A stretch of 64,000 nt of DNA from Eubacterium sp. (GTDB taxonomy: Bacteria; Bacillota; Clostridia; Lachnospirales; Lachnospiraceae). The notes under the pieces were generated by a model. That model ran no database searches. It worked only from the letters and a program-made list of their open reading frames with translations, and was not told the origin of the DNA. The translations under genes were made by a program, and so were the position numbers. The DNA lies in NCBI GenBank assembly GCA_017420535.1, contig JAFOIV010000068.1:7541-71540 (forward strand), read 5' to 3'. The number at the start of each line of letters is the position of its first letter. Position 1 is the first letter of the stretch. This document shows positions 37,482 through 47,210 of the stretch, piece by piece.

Positions 37482-38054
37482 ATGAAATTGTTCAATCTTG
37501 ATAAAGGCGAATTTGGATACGCAAAACGTTATAAGAATAGACAGATATTATTTATGTTTTTATTATTTCTATTTATCCTTAGTGATGTTTTAGTAAGTAT
37601 TTTATATTTTAATACTAGAAAGACCTGGCTTATTATCATTGCCTGTGTTTTAAGTATTCCTTTCGCCAGAAATTTTGTTAATTATCTTCTTATCATTAAA
37701 GCAAAGCCTTTAAATGATAAAGAACATAAGATAGCGGATGAACTTAGTGAGAAACATGGATTTATCATGGCTTATGACATTTCAGTAACTGACAGCGAGG
37801 GACTGTTGTTTTATCCTTGCCTTACAGTGTATAACAATAATGTCATAGCTTACGTTAATGATCTTTCCAGTAAGGAAAAGAAGTATACAGATTATCTTAA
37901 AAAATGTTACCAGGAAGGACTTAAACCAAGAGTTGCAGTTGTGGATAGTTTTGAAAAATTTGAGAAAGAAATCGAAAGACTTAATCCACCGAAAGATGCT
38001 CAGAGAAAACAGGATCTTCTTATTGCAAAGAAGCTTCTTACTCTTGGCTTATAA
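37482..38054 (+). CDS. hypothetical two-TM membrane protein
   Basis: ORF with two N-terminal hydrophobic helices and no recognisable motifs. The ATG at 37482 lies just after the upstream stop. Confidence 0.5.
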   Translation: MKLFNLDKGEFGYAKRYKNRQILFMFLLFLFILSDVLVSILYFNTRKTWLIIIACVLSIPFARNFVNYLLIIKAKPLNDKEHKIADELSEKHGFIMAYDISVTDSEGLLFYPCLTVYNNNVIAYVNDLSSKEKKYTDYLKKCYQEGLKPRVAVVDSFEKFEKEIERLNPPKDAQRKQDLLIAKKLLTLGL

Positions 38055-38057
38055 AAT

Positions 38058-39086
38058 ATGAAAGAAATAATAATCCGAAGAAATGAAGAAGGAAAGAAAT
38101 TAAAGAAGATACTCTTTAATATACTGGATAAGGCTCCGGCTTCATTTACTTATAAGATGCTTAGAAAAAAGAATATAAAGATCAATGACAAAAAGGCTGA
38201 TGGGGAAGAAGTAGTAAAAACAGGAGATGTTATAAAAATATTTCTTTCTGATGAGACCCTTATGTCATTTTCCAGTATGAATTTTGATAAGAAAGATACT
38301 GACAGTAATAATAAGGAAACAGAAGTTAAGAAGACTGGATTTGTCATTAGAAAAAAAGATATCTTATATGAAGATCAGGACATAATCTGTGCCGATAAAC
38401 CAAAGGGTATATTGTCCCAGAAAGCTGAAAGAGATGATTATTCAATAAATGAAGCATTGATCGATTATCTTTTGGCTAAAGGTGAGATCACAAAGGAAAG
38501 TCTTTTTCTGTTTAAGCCTTCAGTTGCTAACAGACTGGACCGTAACACCAGTGGCATCATTTTATTTGGAAAGACTGCTAAGGGAACCCAGTATCTATCT
38601 AAGATCTTAAAGGATAGAAGCATTAAAAAGTATTATTACTGTGTCTGTCAGGGGATAGTTACTGATCCTGTAAAGGGAAAGGCTTATCTTTCCAAGGACA
38701 GAGAGTTGAATAAAGTAAAGGTCATATCAAAGGCAGAGTATCTTTTGCTTCCTTCCGGAGAAAAGGAAAAGTTTGATGAGATAATAACTGACTATAGTCC
38801 AGAGGGTTATGGGGATGGGCTTACATTACTTAAGATACATCTTGTAACAGGAAAGACTCATCAGATAAGGGCTCATTTAGCTTATCTGGGACATCCTATC
38901 ATTGGTGATATTAAGTATGGAAATCCACGTATCAATAATAAATATAAAAAATATGGGGTTAAATCTCAGCTGCTTCATGCAGGAGAGGTGATATTTCCAG
39001 AAAAAACAGAAGGTTTTGATATGGAGGTTTCCAATAAAATAATTATGTCGCCTAAGCCGGAAATCTTTTTTGATCTTTTGAATTAA
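38058..39086 (+). CDS. RluA-family 23S rRNA pseudouridine synthase with an N-terminal S4-like domain
   Basis: Catalytic motif NRLDRNTSGIILFGK, plus the HQIRAH motif. Confidence 0.85.
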   Translation: MKEIIIRRNEEGKKLKKILFNILDKAPASFTYKMLRKKNIKINDKKADGEEVVKTGDVIKIFLSDETLMSFSSMNFDKKDTDSNNKETEVKKTGFVIRKKDILYEDQDIICADKPKGILSQKAERDDYSINEALIDYLLAKGEITKESLFLFKPSVANRLDRNTSGIILFGKTAKGTQYLSKILKDRSIKKYYYCVCQGIVTDPVKGKAYLSKDRELNKVKVISKAEYLLLPSGEKEKFDEIITDYSPEGYGDGLTLLKIHLVTGKTHQIRAHLAYLGHPIIGDIKYGNPRINNKYKKYGVKSQLLHAGEVIFPEKTEGFDMEVSNKIIMSPKPEIFFDLLN

Positions 39087-39110
39087 AAATATAATTAGGT
39101 GGTGAATAGT

Positions 39111-42100
39111 ATGAATGAAGAAATATGGGAAATTCTTGGAATTGAAAAGACTAAAGACGAAGAAGCTATTATAAATGCCTATAGAGCTAAGGTAGTCACT
39201 GTTAATCCTGAAGATGATCAGGAAGGATTTATGAAGCTTAGAGCAGCTTTTGAAGCTGCAAGAGAATATGCCGCAAAAGGTGATGAAGAAGAAAATAGTG
39301 AAGAAGATTCAGTAAGATATAATGATAATGACGAGATCGATAGGGCCATTAAGGAACATATCAGTAAGTTAGACGCTATCTACTGTGATATGAACACCAG
39401 ATTAGATACTTCTATCTGGAAAGAATGGCTTAATGCGGATATCTGTAAGAATATTGACAGTGTAGATTCTATGGCAGAAGCTATGCTGGTTTTTTTGATG
39501 CGAAATAATTTTCTTCCTTTTGAAATCTGGCAGATGATCGCTGAAACTTTTGATTTTTTCAATAATAAGGATCATATCCTTAAGAAATTTAGAAGTGATT
39601 ATATTGAGTTTATTCAGATCCATTGTACTAAGGATGACTGCGGGGATTATCAGGATTATGTAGAAAGAGATGTATATTTAGATCTTTTCTCTGATATCAT
39701 TTCTGAAATATCTGTATATAGAGAAAAACAGCTCTATACCCCTGTGAATTATTTCTTTAAAGATGATGAATATATTAATAATATGCAGAATATCCAAGGG
39801 TATTTTAATTCCTATTTTGATAATTATCTTTATTATGAAAAGACTAAAGATCAGGAATATAAGGATGGTATGGAGACCTGCCTTACTTATATTTCTAATA
39901 TTCTTGAAATATGCGATAAATCATCTTTATTTATTCCGGTGGAACTGGGAGCTAGAATACTTTACCTTGAATTAGAGGGAAAATTTGATCTTTCTTTACG
40001 TCTTTCAATGGCAGTTTTTGATCGTTGGAAAGATGTTCATTTTTATGCAACGAATAATGCCATTAAGATAATTCTTAAAAATATTGATAAGATTGAAGAT
40101 AAAGATGAGATTGTAAAGAAGATCATAGAAAAGGTTGAAAAGATAGAAGAACTTCATCCTGATTATGTTTCTACTAAAAAGGTAAGATTTGCTCTTCTTA
40201 TGCTGGATAAAAAATATAAAGAAGCAGAAGAAAAGATTAAAGAAGTTCTTAATGTAAATAATAACGATCTTGAAGCGGTTATCTTATTCAGGATCGTTAC
40301 AGCCAAAGAGACAGAGGCATTTAAAGAGGCGTTAAAAGAAGGAAATGTTTCTGATAAAGAAAAAATGGATGCTGTCTGGAGGTATTATCAGAATTTAGAC
40401 ATTGACAATGCTCTTAATCTGTTAAAGAAGATAGTTCCAAATCCAGAGATTTTTTTTGATTATAATAAGCTTTTTGGTATCTGCTATAGTGAGAAAAAAC
40501 AATTTGGCTATGCTGAACCTTATCTCAAAAAGTGGGTAGAACTTCATGAAGAACTTCTTTCAAAGAAAGATTCATTAAATGAGGAAGATCTAAAGAGAAT
40601 AAAAAATGTCAGCGCCTGTTATTCCCGATATGGCATTTGCCTTTATGAGACAGGAAAACCTGAAGAAGCTGAAAAGTATTTTACCAAGGATCTTAAATTT
40701 GAAAATGTTGAAGATAAACTTAGATATAGAGAGTCATATGGTACCTTCCTTGTAAAGAGCAATAGATTTAATGATGCAATGAAGGTTTGGGATGAGCTTA
40801 TAAATGAGCCTACCCTTTCTCTAGTGGGCTATATTCACAGGCAGGAAACAGCTTATAAGATGAAAAAAGCCCAGCTTGTTATTGATGATTATTATGAAAT
40901 ACTTAACAGATATAAAAGATATTCCAAAGCGTATTATTATGCGGCGTCAGTTTTCTGTATCTACGAGCAGTATGAGGAAGCTGATAAAATCATAAAAACA
41001 GCCGAAGAAAATAATGTAAATACAGATCTTATCAGTCTTATTAAGGCCCGACTTCTTTATTTAACTGAAAAAGAGCATGAATACGACAAGAATATTGGAG
41101 AATTATATGAGGAAATTTTTAATAATATTGAGTTAAGTAAAAAGAATGATGATTATAATTCTGATGCTGAAGATGAGCTTCTCACAGTCTATGGAGATGC
41201 TGCTGATTATTACCTTCAGGTTGTGGATGAACACGGTGCTTTTTCTAAACTTGATCTTGCTGAAAAATACATTGAGAAGGGATGTGAATTAGAGCCTTTT
41301 GCCTGGAGATTTCTGTATCAGGATGTAGTCCTCGCAAAAAATAAAGGATTGGATGCAGATGACAGTTATAAAAATCTGATAGATGCCTTTAGGGATTATC
41401 CAAAGCCTTATTATTTATATGCTGAATATTTAAATGACAGAAATAATAAAAAAGAAGCTCTTAAAATGTATGAGAAAGTGTATGATTTAGATCCGGAATA
41501 TCCGGAGATAAATAACAGACTTATGCATTGTTATATGGAAAAGTATTCTGATTCACGTAAAAAGAGAGATAAGTTATTTTATAATAGAGCAGTTGAACAT
41601 GCTACAAAACAGATAGAATTAGATCCAGATGCATATTACTATCTTGAAAGAGGATGGGTTTATTTTGGTGCCGGAGATTTTGATCTTGCTATTAGAGATG
41701 CTCTTCATTGTATTGATGAGGAACCTGAAAATGGTTATGCATATAATCTCCTTGGTAAGGCTTATTATGATAAAAAGGAATATGATAATTCCATCGCTGC
41801 TCTTGAAAAAGCAATAGAACTCCTTCGTGATAAAAAAAATTTTGCTGCATATAATAATATAGTAAAGGCTTTAGAAACTGTCGGAAGGTATGATGAAGCA
41901 TTAAAATATCTTGATCAAAAAGCTGAGAAATTTAATACAAAGAAAAATGATAGAAATATTTATCTTAGACTTTATAAAAAGAATAATGACAAAGCAAAGG
42001 TTTTGGACATTACTGATCTGATAATAATCGATGTTTTAAACGAAGATGGTTATAAAAATTATAATGCTGAACATGTTATAAGTAGTTTTATTACGGTCAT

Positions 42101-42794
42101 TGATACCTTCATCATGTATAATGACATAAATGCTGTTAAGCTTTACGAGAAAAACATGATGAAATATTTAAAGAAAATCGACTTTAGTATTGACGGAAAA
42201 CATAGAGGTATTGATTCAAAATTAAAGTGTAAGATAGATAATGATACTGTTTTAAATCTGCTTGATAATCTTGGCCGTTTCTATCTGTTTGAGAAGAGAG
42301 ATTATAAGAGTGCCATAAAGTGTTTTGAGTCATGGCTTAATTTGGATGATAAGAAGAAAATCAGGACCAATAGAAGAGCGGTAATCTATAAAAATTTATC
42401 CCAGGCTCTTTATAGAAGGGGCAAACATAATGAAGGAAATGTAATTGCACGACTTGCTTTGGATGATATATTGGAGGTATATTCGGATTATTCTCGATAT
42501 ATAAATGATCCAGAAGAAGCGCCTTTTAGATTAAATGTTTTGGCCAAACTCCTTTATTTTGCCAACAAAAAGAATGAGGCGTATGATCTTCTTTTAAAAG
42601 TAGATAATTGTATTTGTTGTGATTTCTGTCATTGTAAAAGATGCTATGATAAATTACTAGTCCTTGCGGATTTCTCTGAATTTGAAGGACGTACAGAAGA
42701 AGCAATAAGTTACCTTAAAGATGCATTAGAGATTGCACCGGATGATTCAGAGATCAGACCATCCCTTAGGCATCTTGGAGTAAAAGATATATAA
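39111..42794 (+). CDS. giant J-like-domain / TPR-repeat protein (1227 aa) with a C-terminal Cys cluster
   Basis: The N-terminus IWEILGIEKTKDEEAIINAYRAKVVTVNPEDDQEGFMKLRAAFEAA follows the J-domain helix I-III pattern, but NPE replaces HPD. Many TPR-like repeats follow. CICCDFCHCKRC lies at nt 42609-42644. Confidence 0.65.
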   Translation: MNEEIWEILGIEKTKDEEAIINAYRAKVVTVNPEDDQEGFMKLRAAFEAAREYAAKGDEEENSEEDSVRYNDNDEIDRAIKEHISKLDAIYCDMNTRLDTSIWKEWLNADICKNIDSVDSMAEAMLVFLMRNNFLPFEIWQMIAETFDFFNNKDHILKKFRSDYIEFIQIHCTKDDCGDYQDYVERDVYLDLFSDIISEISVYREKQLYTPVNYFFKDDEYINNMQNIQGYFNSYFDNYLYYEKTKDQEYKDGMETCLTYISNILEICDKSSLFIPVELGARILYLELEGKFDLSLRLSMAVFDRWKDVHFYATNNAIKIILKNIDKIEDKDEIVKKIIEKVEKIEELHPDYVSTKKVRFALLMLDKKYKEAEEKIKEVLNVNNNDLEAVILFRIVTAKETEAFKEALKEGNVSDKEKMDAVWRYYQNLDIDNALNLLKKIVPNPEIFFDYNKLFGICYSEKKQFGYAEPYLKKWVELHEELLSKKDSLNEEDLKRIKNVSACYSRYGICLYETGKPEEAEKYFTKDLKFENVEDKLRYRESYGTFLVKSNRFNDAMKVWDELINEPTLSLVGYIHRQETAYKMKKAQLVIDDYYEILNRYKRYSKAYYYAASVFCIYEQYEEADKIIKTAEENNVNTDLISLIKARLLYLTEKEHEYDKNIGELYEEIFNNIELSKKNDDYNSDAEDELLTVYGDAADYYLQVVDEHGAFSKLDLAEKYIEKGCELEPFAWRFLYQDVVLAKNKGLDADDSYKNLIDAFRDYPKPYYLYAEYLNDRNNKKEALKMYEKVYDLDPEYPEINNRLMHCYMEKYSDSRKKRDKLFYNRAVEHATKQIELDPDAYYYLERGWVYFGAGDFDLAIRDALHCIDEEPENGYAYNLLGKAYYDKKEYDNSIAALEKAIELLRDKKNFAAYNNIVKALETVGRYDEALKYLDQKAEKFNTKKNDRNIYLRLYKKNNDKAKVLDITDLIIIDVLNEDGYKNYNAEHVISSFITVIDTFIMYNDINAVKLYEKNMMKYLKKIDFSIDGKHRGIDSKLKCKIDNDTVLNLLDNLGRFYLFEKRDYKSAIKCFESWLNLDDKKKIRTNRRAVIYKNLSQALYRRGKHNEGNVIARLALDDILEVYSDYSRYINDPEEAPFRLNVLAKLLYFANKKNEAYDLLLKVDNCICCDFCHCKRCYDKLLVLADFSEFEGRTEEAISYLKDALEIAPDDSEIRPSLRHLGVKDI

Positions 42795-42818
42795 ATTTTT
42801 AGATTTGGAGAAGAAATA

Positions 42819-44504
42819 ATGATAGTCGGAATTGATTTAGGAACAACTAACAGCTTAGTGGCGTATTATACAGATGATGGTCCGAAAGTTATTCCAAACA
42901 GACTTGGGGAAAATCTGACTCCATCAGTTGTTAGTATTGATGAAGAAGGAACAGTGTATGTAGGTAAGACAGCTCAGGAAAGACTTAGACTTTATCCAGA
43001 GTCCAGTGCGGCTGTATTTAAGAGAAATATGGGAACTCAAAAAGTTTATAAGCTTGGTAATAAGGAGTTTACAGCAGAAGAGCTTTCGAGCCTTGTTATC
43101 CGTTCTCTTAAAGAAGATGCAGAAGTTTTCCTTGGAGAAGAGGTTACTGAAGCAGTTATAAGTGTTCCTGCATATTTCAATGACATGAGAAGAAAAGCGA
43201 CTAAAAGAGCCGGGGAACTGGCTGGTTTAAAAGTTGAAAGAATCATCAATGAACCTACTGCAGCAGCCATTGCCCATGGGCTTTATAATGAGACTAAAAG
43301 ATCAAAGAATCTTGTTTTTGACCTGGGAGGAGGAACATTTGATATCTCTATCCTGGATTATTTTGATCCGATACTTGAGGTTAGAGGTGTTGCAGGAGAC
43401 AATTATCTCGGAGGAGAAGACTTTACAGAAAAGATTGAAGAGATCTTTTTAACAAAGAATAGTGATATCGATAAAGAGTCTTTAACAGCAAGAGAACAGG
43501 CTCTTCTTTGGAAGGCCTGCGATGAAGCTAAAAAAGACATTTCTGATAAAGATAAAGTAAATGTTAAGGTTGTTATCAAAGAAAAAGAACATACAGCTGA
43601 GATATCATTTTCTGAATATGAAAGAGCATTAGAAGAGCTTTATGACAGAATCAGGATTCCTCTTAAAAAGGCCCTTTCAGATGCTAAGATTTCTATTTCT
43701 GATATTGATAAGGTGGTACTGGTAGGTGGTGCCACTAAGTATGCAGGAATCAGATCTTTTGTAGTTAAAACATTCCATAAGTTCCCGGATACTTCTATCA
43801 ATCCTGATGAGGCTGTTGCCCTTGGAGCTGCTATTGAAGGCGGAATGAAGGAAAGAGCTAAATCTATAAAAGAAGTTATCCTTACGGATGTATGTCCATT
43901 TACCCTTGGTACTGAGGTGGTAGTAGACACTGAGTTAGGTATTAAAGAGAGTGGTGTTTTCTGTCCTATTCTTGAAAGAAATACCATCATCCCTGCCAGC
44001 CGTACAAAAACTTTCTATACATCAAGAGATAATCAGGAAATGATAGATATCCGTGTCCTTCAGGGTGAAAGCAGGATCGCAGATAATAATCTTGAGCTTG
44101 GAATTCTTTCTTTAAATGTTCCAAAGGCTAAAGCTGGCGTGGAATCAGTAGAAGTTACTTATACTTACGATATAAACTCTATCCTTGAAGTTGAAGTTAA
44201 GGTTAATTCTACTGGAGTTAAGAAGAGACAGATCATCAAAGGTCAGTATATTGAGATGACTGATGAAGAAATTGATGCAAGATTTAAAGAACTGGCTTAT
44301 CTTAAGGTTTTACCTCGTGATTGGGAAGAAAATAAACTTATCATGCTTAAAGCTGAGAGAATCTATGCCGAACTTCTTGGTCAGGATAGAGAATTTGTAG
44401 GAATTAGTATTGATAAATTCAGAGCAGTTTTAGATACCCAGGATAAAGATAAGATCAATGAGGAAAGAAAGAAACTTGAAAATGTTCTTTCTCAGTATGA
44501 ATAA
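42819..44504 (+). CDS. Hsp70-family chaperone, short HscC-like form (561 aa)
   Basis: [27 protein letters not shown] and [11 protein letters not shown] motifs. A substrate-binding beta domain is present but the C-terminal helical lid is short. Confidence 0.85.
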   Translation: MIVGIDLGTTNSLVAYYTDDGPKVIPNRLGENLTPSVVSIDEEGTVYVGKTAQERLRLYPESSAAVFKRNMGTQKVYKLGNKEFTAEELSSLVIRSLKEDAEVFLGEEVTEAVISVPAYFNDMRRKATKRAGELAGLKVERIINEPTAAAIAHGLYNETKRSKNLVFDLGGGTFDISILDYFDPILEVRGVAGDNYLGGEDFTEKIEEIFLTKNSDIDKESLTAREQALLWKACDEAKKDISDKDKVNVKVVIKEKEHTAEISFSEYERALEELYDRIRIPLKKALSDAKISISDIDKVVLVGGATKYAGIRSFVVKTFHKFPDTSINPDEAVALGAAIEGGMKERAKSIKEVILTDVCPFTLGTEVVVDTELGIKESGVFCPILERNTIIPASRTKTFYTSRDNQEMIDIRVLQGESRIADNNLELGILSLNVPKAKAGVESVEVTYTYDINSILEVEVKVNSTGVKKRQIIKGQYIEMTDEEIDARFKELAYLKVLPRDWEENKLIMLKAERIYAELLGQDREFVGISIDKFRAVLDTQDKDKINEERKKLENVLSQYE

Positions 44505-44543
44505 GATTATCTTACGTTAGGATAAAGGAGTTAAGGATTAGTC

Positions 44544-45086
44544 GTGGCTACGTGGGGCACCCGAGGTCTTAGAGGATCAACCTTAGAAGATCTTATAAAT
44601 TCAACAAATGAATATTACAGAAGAAATGGGCTTTGTCTTGTACAGAAGATTCCGACTCCTATTACTCCCGTAAGGTTTGATAAAGAGAAAAGAAAGATAA
44701 CGGAAGGATATTTTGAGAAGGATTCAACGGTAGATTATATCGGAGTAGTCCAGGGTATACCTGTTTGTTTTGATGCTAAAGAATCAAAGACAGATACATT
44801 TTCCCTTCAGAATATTCATGAACATCAGGTTAGATTTATGGAGGATTTTGAGAAACAGGGTGGAATATCTTTTCTCATTATCCTTTTTACCACCAGAAAT
44901 GATCTTTATTATATGCCTTTTAAGGAATTAAAGACTTATCTGGATAGAGTGGCTGATGGTCATCCCAAGAATTTTAAGTATGAAGAATTGTCTGATGACT
45001 TTTTCTTAAAAAAGAACGGACCGGCTTTAGTTCCATATTTAGAGGGGATGAACCTGGATCTAAACTTAAGAGATAAGGATGAATAG
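44544..45086 (+). CDS. recU: Holliday junction resolvase RecU
   Basis: LE..IN.TN..Y N-terminal block, VDYIGVVQG, CFDAKES and EHQ catalytic-core motifs. GTG start. Confidence 0.85.
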   Translation: MATWGTRGLRGSTLEDLINSTNEYYRRNGLCLVQKIPTPITPVRFDKEKRKITEGYFEKDSTVDYIGVVQGIPVCFDAKESKTDTFSLQNIHEHQVRFMEDFEKQGGISFLIILFTTRNDLYYMPFKELKTYLDRVADGHPKNFKYEELSDDFFLKKNGPALVPYLEGMNLDLNLRDKDE

Positions 45087-45103
45087 GATGAATAAATTCT
45101 ATT

Positions 45104-45185
45104 CGAAAATCTGTTCGATTTTTGCTTGACAATCGAACGGATGTGCGGTAATATTGAACCATAGAAAGGAACGAACAAGTGTTCG
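45104..45185 (+). promoter_or_regulatory. sigma-A promoter overlapped by three LexA (Cheo-box-like) operators
   Basis: TTGACA at 45126-45131, 17-nt spacer, TAATAT at 45149-45154. Boxes are CGAAAATCTGTTCG (45104-45117), CGAACGGATGTGCG (45134-45147, inside the spacer) and a perfect CGAACAAGTGTTCG (45172-45185). Confidence 0.65.
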
Positions 45186-45201
45186 CTAGGGAGGTTTCAA
45201 T

Positions 45202-45558
45202 ATGAGCAGAGCAGATTTAGTTAGAAAAGAACAGAGAAATAAAGATAAAAGAAATAAAGAAATCAGAAGCAAGGTACGTAATCTTATAATTTCCGTTACA
45301 GTTATTCTTTCAATCGTGGTTTTATTAGGAAGCCAGAAGAATAATTATGTTAATGACGCAGAGGCTCATGCTGATATTGAAAAATGTTATACAAGCATTG
45401 AGATCATGCCTGGGGATACTCTCTGGGGTATTGCTGAAAGATATTCAGAGTCATATTGCTCAATAAATGATTACATATCTGAAGTTAAGAGTGCCAATAA
45501 TTTAACATCAGATGATATTACTGCAGGTGGATATCTGGTTATCCCGGTATATAGATAA
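45202..45558 (+). CDS. LysM-domain single-pass membrane protein, YneA-like SOS cell-division inhibitor candidate
   Basis: 118 aa with a basic N-terminus, one TM (LIISVTVILSIVVLL) and a LysM domain (YTSIEIMPGDTLWGIAERY...GGYLVIPV). LexA boxes lie directly upstream. Confidence 0.65.
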   Translation: MSRADLVRKEQRNKDKRNKEIRSKVRNLIISVTVILSIVVLLGSQKNNYVNDAEAHADIEKCYTSIEIMPGDTLWGIAERYSESYCSINDYISEVKSANNLTSDDITAGGYLVIPVYR

Positions 45559-45621
45559 ATAGGTGAGCTCCTGCATAATATTATGCGGATCTTATATACA
45601 TTTTATAATCATCTTTCTTCG

Positions 45622-45662
45622 GACCTTTGGTATTATTCCCAGATACCAAAGGTCTTTTTTAT
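45622..45662 (+). terminator. rho-independent terminator
   Basis: Stem gacctttggtat / ataccaaaggtc followed by TTTTTT. Confidence 0.7.
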
Positions 45663-45729
45663 TTGAGAAATCAGACATATTATGATAAAATAAATCGGTT
45701 ATAGATCATATAAAGTAAAGGGATTATTT

Positions 45730-47193
45730 ATGGAACAGATTAGACTCGACGAATTAAATGAAGAGAAAGTACCTGTCACAGAACCAGAAAGACAGGAATA
45801 TTATATCAACCTGCTTAAGAATTATATTGATCAGTGTAAAAAAGAAGGGAAAACTCTTACTTACTGTGTACAGACCTTCGGTTGCCAGATGAATGCACAT
45901 GATTCAGAGCGTTTAGAGGGTATCCTTGAGAAGATAGGATTTGTTCAGGCTGAAACTGAAGATGCAGATGTAGTTCTTTATAATACATGTACAGTAAGAG
46001 AGAATGCTAATAAGAAATTATTTGGACATTTAGGTCATCTTAAGAATAAGAAGCAGAAGAATAAGGATATGCTTATCGGTATCTGTGGCTGCATGATGCA
46101 ACAGAAAGAAAATGTTGATTTTATTGAAAAAAGCTACAAATATGTGGACCTTGTATTTGGAACATTTAATACATATAAATTAGCGGAATTGATCGCTGAT
46201 AGGCTTATGACAGGTAAGCAGGTTATTGAAGTTCTTCCTCAGCCAAATAAAAATGTTGAGAATCTTCCTCAGAAGAGAAAATACAAGTTTAAGTCAGGCG
46301 TAAATATTATGTATGGATGTAATAATTTCTGTACATATTGTATCGTTCCATATGTAAGAGGACGTGAAAGAAGCCGTGTTCCAGAAGAGATTATGGCTGA
46401 GATCAAATGTCTTCGTGATGATGGTGTAAAAGAAATAATGCTTCTTGGCCAGAATGTTAATTCCTATGGAACAAATTATATGGGCGAAAGCGAGATTCTT
46501 AAGGAAAACCCATCTTACGATTTCCCGGATCTTTTAAGAGACGTTTGTAAGATTGATGGAATTGAAAGAGTCAGATTTATGACAAGTAATCCAAAGGATC
46601 TTTCAGATAAGCTTATTCAGGTCATAAAGGAAAATAAGAAGATCTGCAGACATATCCATCTTCCTGTTCAGTCAGGTTCCAGCAGACTTCTTAAGGCGAT
46701 GAACAGAAAATATACAAAGGAGCATTATCTTGCTCTTGTTGAAAAGATAAGAAAAGAACTTCCTGATATTTCACTTACTACAGATATCATGGTAGGTTTC
46801 CCAGGGGAAACAGAAGAAGATTTCCTTGATACCATGGATGTAGTTAAAAAGGCTGAATATGATCAGGCGTTTACATTTATTTATTCCATTAGAACCGGAA
46901 CACCGGCTGCAACCATGGAACAGGTTCCGGAAGAGGTAGTTAAAGAAAGATTTGACAGACTCCTTAAATTAGTACAGGATATTGCAGCAAAACGTTCCAG
47001 CAGATTCGAAGGAATGGTAAAGGACGTTTTAGTTGAAGAAAAGGATGAACATGAAGAAGGTTATCTTACAGGTAGAATGGATAACAATATCACAGTTCAT
47101 TTTAAGGGTGATGAAGAGCTTATTGGCAGTATCGTAAATGTGAAATTAACAGAAGCCAAGGGATTTTACTATATTGGTGAATTGGCAGAATAA
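45730..47193 (+). CDS. miaB: tRNA-i6A37 methylthiotransferase MiaB
   Basis: N-terminal UPF0004 cysteines (TFGCQMN), radical-SAM CNNFCTYC and a C-terminal TRAM domain. Confidence 0.9.
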   Translation: MEQIRLDELNEEKVPVTEPERQEYYINLLKNYIDQCKKEGKTLTYCVQTFGCQMNAHDSERLEGILEKIGFVQAETEDADVVLYNTCTVRENANKKLFGHLGHLKNKKQKNKDMLIGICGCMMQQKENVDFIEKSYKYVDLVFGTFNTYKLAELIADRLMTGKQVIEVLPQPNKNVENLPQKRKYKFKSGVNIMYGCNNFCTYCIVPYVRGRERSRVPEEIMAEIKCLRDDGVKEIMLLGQNVNSYGTNYMGESEILKENPSYDFPDLLRDVCKIDGIERVRFMTSNPKDLSDKLIQVIKENKKICRHIHLPVQSGSSRLLKAMNRKYTKEHYLALVEKIRKELPDISLTTDIMVGFPGETEEDFLDTMDVVKKAEYDQAFTFIYSIRTGTPAATMEQVPEEVVKERFDRLLKLVQDIAAKRSSRFEGMVKDVLVEEKDEHEEGYLTGRMDNNITVHFKGDEELIGSIVNVKLTEAKGFYYIGELAE

Positions 47194-47210
47194 GAATAGA
47201 GGTATAAAGC

